In this document: piece by piece, positions 27,688 to 40,330 of the stretch
Position numbering within the stretch: position 1 is the stretch's first letter
Layout of the letters: each line of letters opens with the position of its first letter
Source of the DNA: the human T2T-CHM13v2.0 reference genome, Homo sapiens
Strand: one strand, 5' to 3'
Length of the DNA: 64,000 bases
Assembly (NCBI RefSeq): GCF_009914755.1
Contig: NC_060942.1
The notes under the pieces: model-generated
Seen by the model: the letters and a program-made list of their open reading frames with translations, nothing else
The model's database searches: none
Told to the model about the DNA's origin: nothing
Translations under genes and position numbers: made by a program

Positions 27688-28550
27688 AAAAAACAAACAA
27701 TTCCATCAAAAACTGGGCTAACGACATGAATAGACAGTTCTCAAAAGAAGATATATAAATGACCAACAAACTTGAAAAAATGCTCAACATCGCGATCAGG
27801 GAAGTGTAAATCAAACCACAATGCAACGCCACCTTACTCATGCAAGAATGATCATAATCAAAAAATAAAAAATAATAGGTGTTGGCATGGATGCCATGAA
27901 AAGGGAACACTTCTACACTGCTGGTTGGAATGTAAAGTAGTTAAACCACTATGGAAAACAGTGTGAAGATTCCTTAAAGAACTAAAAGTAGAACTACCAT
28001 TTGATCTAACAATCCCTCTACTGAGTATCTACCCAGAAGAAAAGAAGTCTTTATTTGAATAAGATACTTGCATATGCATGTTTATAGCAGCACAATTCAC
28101 TATTGCAAAAATATGGAACTGGGCCAAATGCCCATCAATCAACAAGTGGATAAACAAATTGTGATAGATAGATAGATAGATATGGAATAATGGAATATTA
28201 CTCAGCCATAAAAAGGAACAAATTAATGGCATTTGCAGCAAGCTGGATGGAACTGGAGACTATTATTCTAAGTGAAGTAACTCAGGAATGGAAAACCACA
28301 CATTGTAAGTTCTCACTCTTTCATGGGAGCTAAGCTATGAGGATGCAAAGGCATAAGAATGATACAATTCACTTCGGGGACTCGGGATAGGGTGGGAGGG
28401 GGTGAGGGATAAATGACTACAAATTGGGTTCAGTGTATGCTGCTTGGATGATGGGTGCACCCAAATCTCACAAATCACCACTAAAGAACTTACTCATGTA
28501 ATCAAATACCACCTGTTCCTGAAAAACCTATAAAAAAAATTAAAAAAAAA
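27688..28550 (+). mobile_element. L1PB1-like 3' end with poly(A)
   Basis: CCTTAAAGAACTAAAAGTAGAACTACCATTTGATC; AAATCACCACTAAAGAACTTACTCATGTAA; contains (GATA)5 at 28163-28182. Confidence 0.92.
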
Positions 28551-28894
28551 CTTGCTATCAGATCCAAAACAAGCAGGAAATTACAACTAATAAAAAAATC
28601 CATAGATCAGACATGCAGTATAGACGAAACAAGTAATATACTAAAACATTAAAAAACAACTATTTCAAATACATTTAGGAAAGCAGAGCAAAATAGGAGC
28701 ATAATAAAGAAATACATGGATGATAAATTGAAGACCCAAATTCAGCTTTAAGAAATGAAAATAAAATGTTCAAGATTGCAAACACAGAATGGGATTAATA
28801 GTAGATTAGACACTATAGAATGAAAGATTGGTGAACTTGAACACATAGCAATAAAAACTATCAAAAATGAAAAATGAAATGTCTTTGATCTGAG

Positions 28895-29309
28895 TGTATT
28901 AGAGGCACAGAACTAATAGTTAATACTATTAAGTAGTATTAACTCATACAATCACAAGGCCTCACAATAGGCTGTCTGCAAGCTAAGGAGCAAGGAAGCC
29001 GGTCTGAGTCCCAAAGCTGAACAACTTGGAGTCCGATGTTCGAGGGCAGGAAGCATCCAGCAGAGGAGAAAGATGTAGGCTGGGAGACTAAGTCAGTCTC
29101 ACCTTTTTACGTTTCTCTGCCTGCTTTATATTCTAGCCGTGCTGGCAGCTGATTAGATGGTGCCCACCCAGATTAAGGGTGGGTCTGCCTTCCACAGTCC
29201 ACTGACTCAAATGTTAATCTCCTTTGGCAACATCCTCACAGACACACTCAGGATCAATACTTTGCATCTTTCAATCCAATCAATTTGACACTCTGTCTTA
29301 ACCATCATA
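28895..29309 (-). mobile_element. MLT2A1-like ERVL solo LTR
   Basis: GGAGTCCGATGTTCGAGGGCAGGAAGCATCCAGCA, CCACTGACTCAAATGTTAATCTCC; 5-bp near-TSD CTGAG/CTGTG. Confidence 0.92.
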
Positions 29310-29468
29310 CTGTGAGATAATATGTCATGGTGTAATTTATGTTTCCCTGTAGACCCAAACTGGAGGTCAGAGGAATGTGAAAAATAATTCCGATAATAGT
29401 GGCTGAAAATTTCTTAATTGTATTAAGACTAGAAAACCACAAGTCTAAGATGTTCAACAAAACAGAAA

Positions 29469-30065
29469 TGTTGATGGCAATTGAGAGACCTCGGTTCTTG
29501 TCTTCTTGGTTTAAAAGAATTTAAAGAGACACACAGCAGTAGAAAGTGGTAGAAATCAGTTTCTTGGAAAAGAGAAAGAACATTCTGAAAGCTAAGTGTA
29601 AAAGTGAAAGTATGCTCTGAAAGACAAGTTAGAGATGGCTGACTGAGAGTCAGCAAAGACTGGCACTAGGGATACCCCCTTTATGGGAGTCTTACATGAT
29701 TATTCATAAGGGAGTAATAGGTGTTACTGGTAAGCATGTTGTGGGTGGCCCTCTAGGTGCACATGGACAGTAGCTGTACGTGCTTGTTCACACATTGTGT
29801 GGCTCATTAGCATCATCAATCTCTATCCAGGGGTGTGTCTTCATTATTATAATGAGCAAAGAGTCAGTTTGAGGACAAGAAAACCCAAAATGTGCATTCT
29901 CCCTGCAGGAGATAGATAGTAGCAGAAGTCCCTACTGGAGATAGTTCTGCATAGATGAGCATGACCGCAATGCCAGTGCTCGGGCGCTTGGTGTTGACAG
30001 TGCTATGGACATGGTTGCCACATCCCAAGGCCATGATTATTTCCTTGACTACCTATCCTGCCTCA
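29469..30065 (-). mobile_element. ERV1 MER4-group solo LTR (MER83-like)
   Basis: TG...CA termini; reverse complement starts TGAGGCAGGATAGGTAGTCAAGGAA; 4-bp near-TSD GAAA/GAGA. Confidence 0.8.
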
Positions 30066-30959
30066 GAGAAAAAAATGCAAAGAAATCACAAAAAGTTATA
30101 ATAAATTGCTGAAAAGAGTGATTAAGAGAAAGACCCTAGAGTAACCATAGAGAAAAATAATACCTTACATCCACAAGAATGAAGGAAAAAATAACTTCAG
30201 GATCTTAGAAAATAGAAATATTTTCTGAGAAATATTTTCTAAGAAAATAAGAGAATGATCTTTCTAAAGTGCTGGAAGATAAAACAAACCAATGAAATTG
30301 TGCTTCAAAAATGAGACAAAATGAGTACTTTGTTTGAGACAAGCATGAAGAGAGAATTTTTAACAGAATGAATGACAATAACTGTGGAAGATAGTTTGGT
30401 GGGTGAAAGAAAATATTCCAGCTGAGCACTTCAAAGAAAAGACAGAAGAATGTGAAAAATAGTAAAATGGGGTAAATAGAAGACATTTTTCTCATTTTCA
30501 ATGTATTTCACAAGTGCCTACTGAAGCAAAAAGTAATACAGTGTTTAGCAGAATTTATAGCATATCTAGAAATAAAATATGTGACACAAAATCATACAGT
30601 CAAGGAATCAAAGCATAACGTTGTTAACTTCCTGTATTATACTTGTAATGGTATAACATAATTAAAAGTAGGCCTTCTTCAGGTAAAAATCTATATTTCA
30701 ACCCCTAGAAGTTCCACTAAAAAAAAAAAAAGAAACAATGTATAACTATAATAACTATATATAATAGTAGATGGTGAAAATAAAAATATTCTAATAATAC
30801 AAAAGACAAAGAAAAGAGCAAAACAAATGTAATAAATAGAACACGAATATCCATGCTGAGAATTTCCCAAAGCTTACTAGTAATTTGAAAAATAAATGTC
30901 CTAACACTGAGTTAAAAAACAGATTTTCAGATCGGATGTAAAAGCATCCCTCAACTGTA

Positions 30960-31090
30960 TATATGTTAACTAATTTGATGTAGTAATTATTTTACAATGT
31001 ATAAGTGCATCAGATCATTATATTGTACATCTTAAATATATGCAATTTTTATGTGTTCATTATATCTCAATAAAGCTGGAAAAATAAATT
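30960..31090 (+). mobile_element. L1MA/MB extreme 3' end
   Basis: ATGTTAACTAATTTGATGTAGTAATTATTTTACAATGTATA...TTATATCTCAATAAAGCTGGAAAAA. Confidence 0.8.
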
Positions 31091-31122
31091 TTAAAACTTT
31101 AAAACAAAAATACATACAGAGG

Positions 31123-31495
31123 TACAATGGGCAGAATTCTGAACATGCCAAACCCAGGATTCCTATACCTTAGCAATTAAGCACTAATCTAGGTAATGCT
31201 GAAGGAACTTTGCAAATATAATTAAGCATCTAGACTTTGAAATAGAAATGTCATTTTGGATTATGCCAGTGGATCCAATTTAATCACCTGAGCTCTTAAA
31301 AGCAGAGTTTCTCTAGCTGGAGTAAGAGAGACAACTGGCCGGGGAGGCCGAGGGGAGAGTCAAAGATTCAATTCTCAGTGCTGGCTTTGAGGCTGGAGGA
31401 AGAGGGCTGTAGGCCAAGGGTGCAGGTGGACTTGAGGATCTGAAAGTGAGCTCTTACTGCAATCCAGCAAGAAACAATGACCTCAGGACTATCAC
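31123..31495 (+). mobile_element. MLT1D/E-like LTR (3' truncated)
   Basis: ACTTTGCAAATATAATTAAG..GACTTTGAAATAG..TTTTGGATTAT..GTGGATCCAATTTAATCAC.TGAGCTCTTAAAAGCAGAG. Confidence 0.75.
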
Positions 31496-33096
31496 AAAAT
31501 ACAAATACTTACTTAGGCTATTGTTCTGAATTTCATATAAAAAATAGACTTATGAGAGTGATGATGTTTTCTGTCACAATTATGAAAATTTTATCTTAAC
31601 TCTTACACGTTGCCACTTTTAACCAATAATAGAAAAGTGAATGTAATCTTTAAGTTAGTGGATCAAGGAGTGTATTTGAAAGCAAAGAAGTAAACATTTT
31701 AAATGTTGAAACTGAAAGCATACAACATTAATGTGTTAGGATATATTTAAAAATCTGTGTTTTGTAACTTAGTGACTGTTTTGGCTTATGGACAAAATAG
31801 ACATTCATTATGGTAACTGCAGCATTTGAAAAACGCAGCACCCAGAGGTAATTTCACTTAACTTAGATTGTGTGTTTGGGAAGCCCTAGTCACCTATTCC
31901 AGCATTATGTTTAATCTGGAGATAATAAGCCAAAATCGACCCAGTCTTTTTTTTTCTCTCTAACTCCCCAGTACACCCATTACATAATAATTATTTTATA
32001 AGTCATTTCCAGGTATAGTCTTATCAGAAATAAAACACATTGCATCTAGTTATCTTTTAAAGATAATTTGAATGGCTTCATTATTGTGTATATACAACTT
32101 ACCAAACCTATCTTGTAAATCAGTATGCACTTCAACACCAGCAAAGCTTGCATAAACAAGAGCTTTATGAGTCTTAAATGATAATTACCACAATCTAATG
32201 AATTGCATAAATCATTTATAATGAAGATAAATAAAAAAGTACTCTGATATGTGCACATTAATAACTTAGGTTTTTCAAAAGCAGTGAGTAATTTAATTTA
32301 GATGGTATGTCCACAGACAGTAACAACTTGAATTTTATTTGTGAAATAATTAGCCGTTAATCTAAAGGGATACAACTTATCTACTGGCAAGACATTAAAC
32401 TGAAAAATGAAGATTAATTTTGTCTTTGATGGAAATTATTCTGATAATATCTCATGATTTGAAAGTCACTCTAAAGAGGGAAATATGAAAACTGATTTAA
32501 GTTCATTCTGACAAACCTAGAATTTATTCCAAAATATGAATTAGCATGCTTTGCAGTTCCAAGTAATTTGTGATATGCTATCATTTTTAGTGATCCTCTC
32601 ACTGAAGTGCTAATTGGAATTTTATTTATATATATTTATGAGTAAAGATAGAGGTTCATAACTTCTCTTCTATCTGTAACATCATAATTTGGGTTACAAA
32701 AATACATTATTCATTCTTGAGGTTCTTCATTGGTTAAAAGGATATTCACCCAGGTAACAAAAAATTTAAACTAGCAAAAAACTTTTTTTTCTTCCAGTAA
32801 CAGTCTTTATCTTTGCTAATACATTTTTATAAGCATTTCATTTTCCTTGACTTTAACTAACCATCATCTTCTCTTCTGCAATTAAGTTTGAAAGCTGAAC
32901 TTTTTCCAATCTATTAAGCTTCCAGTTACTTCCTTCTTTGAAAGATAAACAATATATTATAGTAGGATGGTCTCAAATTTGAAATCTATGCATTTACTCA
33001 TCTGTTGGTTTATTCAACAACATTTACCACATCCTATGGTAAAAATGGTATAAATGGAAGATATAACTAAGGACATAACAGCTAACAATGAAAAAT

Positions 33097-33275
33097 GATT
33101 ATATTAATATTATTAATTAATTAATATAATTAATATATTATATTATAATTATTAGATGATAATTATATAATATTAGCATATATTATCTATTAAATAAATA
33201 ATTACTATATCAGTAGCATATAAATGTATAATAGTTATTAATTATATAATATTTGTAATAAATAATTACTAATAA
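33097..33275. repeat. AT-rich low-complexity tract
   Basis: Almost only A/T, with TAAT/ATAT motifs. Confidence 0.85.
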
Positions 33276-33464
33276 CCAACACTTTAATGTAAATCTTCTT
33301 TTGGGAATGATTTATGCCTACAACTTAGTATTGAAAGAGGAGTCATACCCTGCCTAGGCCATTGAGATTTTATTCACTGAGGAGTTTTCCAATTAAGTCA
33401 ATTGGCAATTGGCAAAACCAATAGTATAAATGGAATCCAGTGCCATTTTATAAATGGAACATAC

Positions 33465-33771
33465 GTCTGGGCGCAGTGGCTCACATCTGTAGTCTCAGCA
33501 CTTTGGGAGGCCGAGGCGGGCGGATCACCTGAGGTGAGGAGTTCAAGACCAGCCTGGCCAACATGGTGAAACCAGTTTCTACTAAAAATACAAAAATTAG
33601 CTGGGCGTGGTGGTGGGTGCCTGTAATCCCAGCTACTCGGGAGGCTGAGGCAGGAGAATCGTTTGAACCTGGGTGGTGGATGTTGCAGTGAGCAGAGGTC
33701 ATGCCAGCACTCTAGCCTGGGTGACAGAGTGAGACTCTGTCTCATAAGAAGTAAAATAAAATAAAAAATAA
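33465..33771 (+). mobile_element. AluSx-like, full length
   Basis: Sense Alu; TSD AAATGGAA(C/G)ATAC at 33452-33464 and 33772-33784. Confidence 0.95.
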
Positions 33772-34443
33772 AAATGGAAGATACCATGCCTCTCATTATA
33801 ACAAGTGCACATGGTCGTAAAACCAACAGCAAAATAGCAACAAACTTTAGGACTTCATGGCCTTCAGAAATAACACTGAATAATGCAGTAGAGCGGAAGG
33901 AAGGGAATACCTGAGAAAGAACAGCTAGTATATGGACGACCATATCAAAGAGAATAATGATTACCATTTAGAAAAGTGCTACTGTTCATGACTTACCTTC
34001 ATAAGTCAGCCTACTTGCTGAGGTAAACCAGTTAGGCTTAAAAACAAGAAATGAATAGACACATTTCGATATTTGGAGTTGAATGAAAATGTGTCTTGTT
34101 ACAGTATTCTTCTCCACAAGTGTTTTTTTACAATGATGACATCATTTCTGGCACCAAATTATTGACTGCAATTTTATTCAAGCTGAAAGGCATTAGAATA
34201 CTTATTACTTTTATTTCATAGTTTTATTGTTTTTTCATACAATGATTTACCAATTGGAAACTATAGTTGACTTTATTGATAAGTTTTAGGTGAGCAGCAT
34301 CTTCTTAAAAATTTAATCTTTTCATGGGGAGAGCTCCAGGGCCACTTCTCTTTGATCACTCCTTCTCCAGATGTGTCAATATCAATGCCTATCATTCCAA
34401 TTTGTAAAACTCATATATTCTAGTAAGTATACGGAATAGCCTC

Positions 34444-34730
34444 TGTGAAAAGAAAAACAGTAAACAAATTAAATTTAACAGAGTTTAATTGAGCAAAGAA
34501 TGATTTGTAAAATGGGCAGCCCCAAACCCGAATAGCTTCAGGGAAATTTCAGCCTGCTTAGTGGTCAGAGATTTATGGACAGGGAAAGGAAAGTGAGGTA
34601 CATAAAACAAAAGTGAGGTACAGAAACAGCTGTTTTGGTTACAGCTGTGTTTGCCATATTTGAACATGATTTGAAGAATTGGCCACCTTTGGCTGACATT
34701 TGGTGGTTGGCACAAGACTAGATTGGCTAA
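34444..34730 (-). mobile_element. MER57-family ERV1 LTR, 3' part
   Basis: ACAAATTAAATTTAACAGAGTTTAATTGAGCAAAGAATGATT...GGGCAGCCCC; AAAGTGAGGTACAGAAACAGCTG. Confidence 0.8.
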
Positions 34731-35210
34731 AGATTTAATTAATTATGCCTGCTAAATAAATTTTCAATAAAAACTCTGAAACAATGAGGCAAAGAAGGCT
34801 TCCAAGTTGGCAAATACATCTAAGTGCTAGGAAGGTGGCACACCCCAAATCCATGGAGATTGAATGACCTGTCCACACCTTGCCCTATGTACCTCTTCAT
34901 CTAGCTGTACTTTGATCTTTTACAATGACCTGTAACAGTAAGGATAGCATTTTCCTGTGTTCTGTGAGTCGTTATAGCAAATTACCAAACCTGAGAGAAG
35001 GTCATGAGAACCTCTGAATTTGTACTCAGCAGATTACTTAGCCTGGGCACACATTTGTGGTTAGTGTCTGAAGTGGATCAGTTTTGTGTGACTGAGCTGT
35101 TAATTTTGGGGATCTGTACTAACTCCAGGGAGTTAAGTGTCAGAATTTAACTGAATTGTAAGACAACCAAATGGCGTCAGAGAATTGGAGAATTGCTTGG
35201 AAAACCACAG
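34731..35210 (+). mobile_element. MER21C-like LTR, 3' half
   Basis: CCTTGCCCTATGTACCTCTTCATCT, TTCTGTGAGTCGTTATAGCAAATTA, GTGTCAGAATTTAACTGAATTG. Confidence 0.8.
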
Positions 35211-36933
35211 AGGCATGTACAAGAAAGCTGGCATACTGTGACAGAGCAGTAGGTAAGGTTACATACATAGTTTAAGAATATTAAATACATAGAAGATATT
35301 TAATGAAATATTAAAATATAAAAATATTCAAAATATTCTTAATAAGGGCAGCATTTATTTGGAAAAATAATTTGTCAGAATCAGAAATACTGATCCCATA
35401 TAGTTTGCTAAGGAGTTTCACTGAGCTTCATTTGGAAGGGTATATGAGAAACCAAAGAAAGCAAAGATGACAGCGTTTCCCTACATGTGGTAGAGAAGAA
35501 AAGGAAAGCATTTAGGGAGCAGTTCAAGGTTTTCAAAATTCAGCAGTGTCTACATTGAAGAAGACTGGGATGGAAAGGGAACATCAGAGGAAGCAGATGT
35601 GGGGACAGTGCTCCTGGAATACAGATGGGAGTGAGGGATTCCTCTTGCGATTGAAGTTCTAGGAAATTCAAAATTGAGAGAAAAAGTTTTAGGAGAGAAA
35701 GGATTATAAAACTCTAGGCATGGAGGCTATTGAGGACACAGAGTTTGGAAGTTCCAACGACAGCTATAAATAAAAAATATTTGAATGTGACTTCCAACTG
35801 AGACAAATGTGGAGACCAGAGACAATTCCATCTTGAGGGAAGGGACACACAGATGCTTGGAATCCTGGACCAGAAGGGACCGCAGATTATTGTGTTGAAA
35901 TGTGAAAGAAGCCTTGGTTTCCTTGTGAGGTTGGGGAGTTACAGAGCTAATATAAAACACACAAGGCTAAGAGTGATTCCAGAACAAAACATAAACCCTG
36001 ATATTAAAAGACAATAAAAACTGTTTCATCAAGTCTTCATCCAATTTAGCATCATGATGCCAGAAATAAGGGATGAAAAGGGAACATAGAAACAAGTTAA
36101 TATAGAAACATGTGGTTTAGTAATAAAAAGAAATCAAAAAAGAGCATCCATTATGAAGAATTATTAAGTTTTCAAGAAAACTGGACTGTTTAAGATGCCA
36201 TTTTCTGGGAGTAAAAATGCTTGTTTTGGTCAATGCCCATGATACACTGTAATTAATATAATAAATACCTATTAGTTGGTGATTTTTCCCAATTGGGTTT
36301 TAAGTGAGAAGTTAAGAGGCACTGAGCATTAATAGAGCATCATCCTGGCAAAACTGCAAGCTATAATTTCATAGGCTGTGCTTTATTTTCTCTGCCTTCA
36401 CACTCCCCTAGAAAAATATACACAGAAAAATAACAAACACATACATATCAAAAACAACAATTAAATTTCGGTTAAACGCTGGGTAGTAAGGGAAGACAAA
36501 ATCCAAACTCCAAACAATTGTCTTAATAAGATATTTCTTCCTGGGAGTAATTAGACAAAGAAAAAAATGAAGAAAGGGATTTTCTAAGAAGGTAATTTAT
36601 TCAAGACAGTACAGATAAATTGAGTTATTTCTCTTGATAAAGTATACTCCTAACAATGTTCAATGAGTCAGAGAGCTAAATTTGATGACAACTTTATATG
36701 ATTTTCTTCTGGAATAACTGCAGAAGCTCTTATTTTACACTCCACATACCTCTTCCCTTTTGCTTGTGGATCCACTAGAAGAGCTGAGAAGAACGTGAGA
36801 AAGACATAACAGAAGGGGAGGAAACAAAGTTAACAAAAAGAGAAGAAAACAGTGTTTGAAAATACATAAACAATTTTCTGGATATCTACTTTAAAATCTT
36901 TGATTGAACCTGTACCCATTTTTGACTTCGTGA

Positions 36934-37001
36934 TTTTTTTTTATTATACTTTAAGTTTTAGGGTACATGTGCACATTGTGCAGGTTAGTTACATATGTAT
37001 A
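36934..37001 (-). mobile_element. Extremely 5'-truncated young L1 (L1PA2/L1HS-type 3' tip)
   Basis: TTATTATACTTTAAGTTTTAGGGTACATGTGCACATTGTGCAGGTTAGTTACATATGTATA is essentially the young L1PA 3' terminus. Confidence 0.9.
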
Positions 37002-37131
37002 TTTTATTAAATGTCCTTTCCTTCACATAGTATCATATTTCTATACTCAACTAAGTATTGTATACATGAAATAAACTTGAAGTTAACAGGGAAATTGCAG
37101 ACATAGGGAAACTGGTATCACAAACACCTAT

Positions 37132-37172
37132 ACACACACACACATACACACACACACACATACACACACACA
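37132..37172. repeat. Interrupted (CA)n microsatellite
   Basis: CA repeat with TA interruptions. Confidence 0.9.
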
Positions 37173-37707
37173 TCACAGGAGATGAGGTCCCTTTATTTGT
37201 AGCCTCATTACAAAACTCAAATAAAGTGAACCTTCTCTTTTGAATAAGTTTTGCAGTAGGAGTTGTATAAAAGGTAAATTTTTGGTTTAGTTTTCTTATG
37301 CTAGAAATTATTATTCAAATCTTTTTCATAATAAAATAACATGCAACCTTAGTTTAATGGTGATAGTATTTGGTATATGAGAAAGTCTTACAGGATTCCT
37401 TAAACAATACAATTTCAAGCTAGGTTAGTAAAATGTAAAGCATGAAAATGCAATTTTTATTAAGATGTTGAAGAAAACAGAATTGTATTATTTTATGTTT
37501 AGCTTTTCACCATAATAAATTATTTTACTAACTGGTAGCAGTTAGTAGAATAATAAAACTGGCAGGTTTTTGAAAATAATATATTAGAAGCATCATTTTT
37601 GTTTCTTTTCTCATGCATGACTAGCAAAAGAAAAGGTTCTGTCTACAGTCAACAAAGATGAGCATATGGCTTCCTGTAAGTTTCAGATCTATTCCCTTTG
37701 AATTGCT

Positions 37708-37727
37708 CACACACACACACACACACA
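37708..37727. repeat. (CA)10 microsatellite
   Basis: Direct reading. Confidence 0.9.
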
Positions 37728-38309
37728 AAATAGTAAAAAAAAAAAGTCAACCCTATTCATGAGTTTTTCTTTTCCCCTTTAACTTATTTCAAATACGTAA
37801 GGCGCATTCTTGTGGGATTCATTCAGTCAAATTTTACACACATTTTCATTTACCTATACAATATTAAATAGAATTTTTCAGCAGAAAATAAGTTGCAAAC
37901 AATAAACAGCATATTTATTAACTGTGAAAAAAGAAAGTGCCACATTTGTCTAGGGAGTAAGCACTTTCTATACCTGAGAACATTGATCCAGTAATTCAAA
38001 TATTTATCGATACTTACTACATCCTAGAAACTGGAACATAATTGATACACTTCTTGTTCTCCTGCAGTTTATAATCTAAGCCAACTAAACACGGGATTTC
38101 CAAATGTGCATTAAAAGTTCAAGAATCGGGTCTCTGGTGGAGTCAGCTTCTAAAATATTAAAAATAAAATATTGAATTCAGAGATCTGTAAAGTGTTTAT
38201 GGTTAACTTTTACATTAAAAAGTCTATTGAACATTAATCTTAAAAATACAAATGAGCAATACATTTCACAATGTTGTCCAAGAACATGTTCATGTTTTTT
38301 TTTCTTTCT

Positions 38310-38896
38310 AGAAATAATTTATTTTTATGTTAAGTTATTCCATAGTTTCCTTTAGACTTCTGGCTTTTACAATTTGTTTTAAAAATTTATCCTTATTAAC
38401 AATGTAACAAATGTTCTGTATTTTCTTCTAATATTTTATCACTATTTTTATTATATTTAAAATATTGAAACACATGTGATTTATTAATAAATTATGATGA
38501 TTAGTCATATGTGTCCTGAATGGGCTTCAGGGTGCCCAGATACTTGTTCAAACATTATTCTGGGTGTTTCTGTGAAGGTGTTTTTGAGTAAGATTGACAT
38601 TTAAGTTGATAAACTGAGAAAAATCAGAATGCATTCCCTGATGGAGGCAAGCTTCATCCAGTCAGTTGAAGGCCTGACTGGAACATAAAAGCTGACCCTC
38701 CCTTGAGCAAGAGAGGATTCAGACTCAAACATCAGGACAGGAACCAGACCATCAGCCCTCCTGGTCTAAGCCTATGCCATTGCCTCTCTTGGGTCTTCAG
38801 CTTGTCAACTCCCTCTGTAGAGCTTGGGACTTTCCAACCTCCATAATCATGTGAGCCAATTCCTTATAAGAACTCTCTCTCTCTCTCTCTGTCTCT

Positions 38897-38944
<48 letters not shown>

Positions 38945-39290
38945 TGTGCTGTTTCTCTGGAGAACCCTAATACATATGTGATTTTTACAATATTATTTTT
39001 TATTTGAATGAACTACTATTTCCTCCCTCTAAACTGGATATCATTTTTATGACATATTAAGTTCCCACTTGGATCTGTCTTCAGAATATTTTATTCTTAT
39101 TTACTGGTCTATTTGTCTTTTTCTGAACTCATACGATGTGTTTTTATAGAATATTTTTATGGTATAGTTTAAACCTATTTAATATAGTCCCTTAAATTCT
39201 TCTATTTAATATAACTAGCAAATCGCATATATTTACTCTCCTATATAGATTTTGAAATCAGCCAGTTCCTATTTTAAAATGTTATGTCAA
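38310..39290 (-). mobile_element. Old L1ME ORF2 3' fragment, interrupted by MLT2 LTR
   Basis: TTTCCTTTAGACTTCTGGCTTTT...TATTTTCTTCTAATATTTTAT; TGGATCTGTCTTCAGAATATTTTATTCT..TTTACTGGTCTATTTGTCT. Confidence 0.5.
38493..38974 (+). mobile_element. MLT2B/D-like ERVL LTR with internal (CT)n(GT)n microsatellite (38873-38948)
   Basis: GGGTGCCCAGATA..TCAAACATTATTCTGGGTGTTTCTGTGAAGGTG; ends CTGTTTCTCTGGAGAACCCTAATACA. Confidence 0.9.
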
Positions 39291-39574
39291 GTTATGATGT
39301 TTAGGGATATGAAATGAAATATCTTCAGTTTCCAGCTGTAATTGTGATAGAATATTTATATATTCCCAGAAAATTATTTTATTTTTTCAAAACTATTCTT
39401 GTCATAATAGAAATGAACTGTGAGAGACTGAGATAATTACAGTGAGAATAGAACTAAATACTTTGTTTTTTTGTTTTTATGTTTTTAAAATATTTATCCT
39501 TTTTGTTGGTGAGTATCCTTCTTCCTGATATTACTGGTAGGAATTTTAATATTTCACTATTTAAAGTGGTGTAT

Positions 39575-40330
39575 TGAAACAGGAGGCAACATGAACGTGC
39601 TCCCATTGACTAAAAGCTGGAATAATGTGAGCAAAATATAACTGCAGTAATATTGCATCTTAAACATAAAGATACAATAGATATTCATAAGCCCACACTG
39701 ATATTAATAAATACTTAAAGAAAGAAAGAAAGAAATGGGGGAGAAATGACTCATATTCCTTAAAAGTGAATTCCAAATAATGCCTATAGAATTTATGAGT
39801 AAAATAGAACATCACTTTTTTAAACCTCAGTGACAATTGCTTCAAGTAAAAATCTAACTATGACTTCTGAAACTGGTGGTTGAATCTTGAAGAAACAGGT
39901 TATTCATATAGCCTCTAAGTAAAAAGTCCAAAATATTTATTAATGTAATGGCCTTAACATATGTCTTTGATATTCCTCAGCCAACCTTAGTAACTAAAGC
40001 AAAATACTAAGAAAAAAAAATGGTAAATTTATAGTAGAGAATCCCGGGAGAGATACCATAGCCAAGTAATAATAAGTCATGATGATATTAGGTATCCCGT
40101 AATACGATTTAATCAGAAGAGCACTTCAAATCCATAGTATTAATGCCTTAAATTCTAGTCTAACCATGAGAAAAGATTGGATATTCAAAATAAAGGACCC
40201 TTTATAAAGTGAGTCATCAGTAGTCATCCGAACTTTCCAATCATAGGCACAAAAACATACACACATACAAATCACTGAAAACTGTCATATGTTGGAAGAG
40301 ACAATAAGTAAATGAATATGACTGACATAG
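39575..40330 (+). mobile_element. L1MC4-like 3' UTR
   Basis: GCTCCCATTGACTAAAAGCTGGAATAATGTGAGCAAAAT; ATTCATAAGCCCACACTGATAT; TCTAGTCTAACCATGAGAAAA. Confidence 0.7.

Larger units (their letters stand above)
28570..30955 (+). mobile_element. Continuation of old L1MD/ME element (ORF1 and inter-ORF), split by two LTR insertions
   Basis: GGGATTAATAGTAGATTAGACACT..AGAATGAAAGATTGGTGAACTTGAA (ORF1 coiled-coil region); resumes after 29309 and 30065. Confidence 0.65.
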
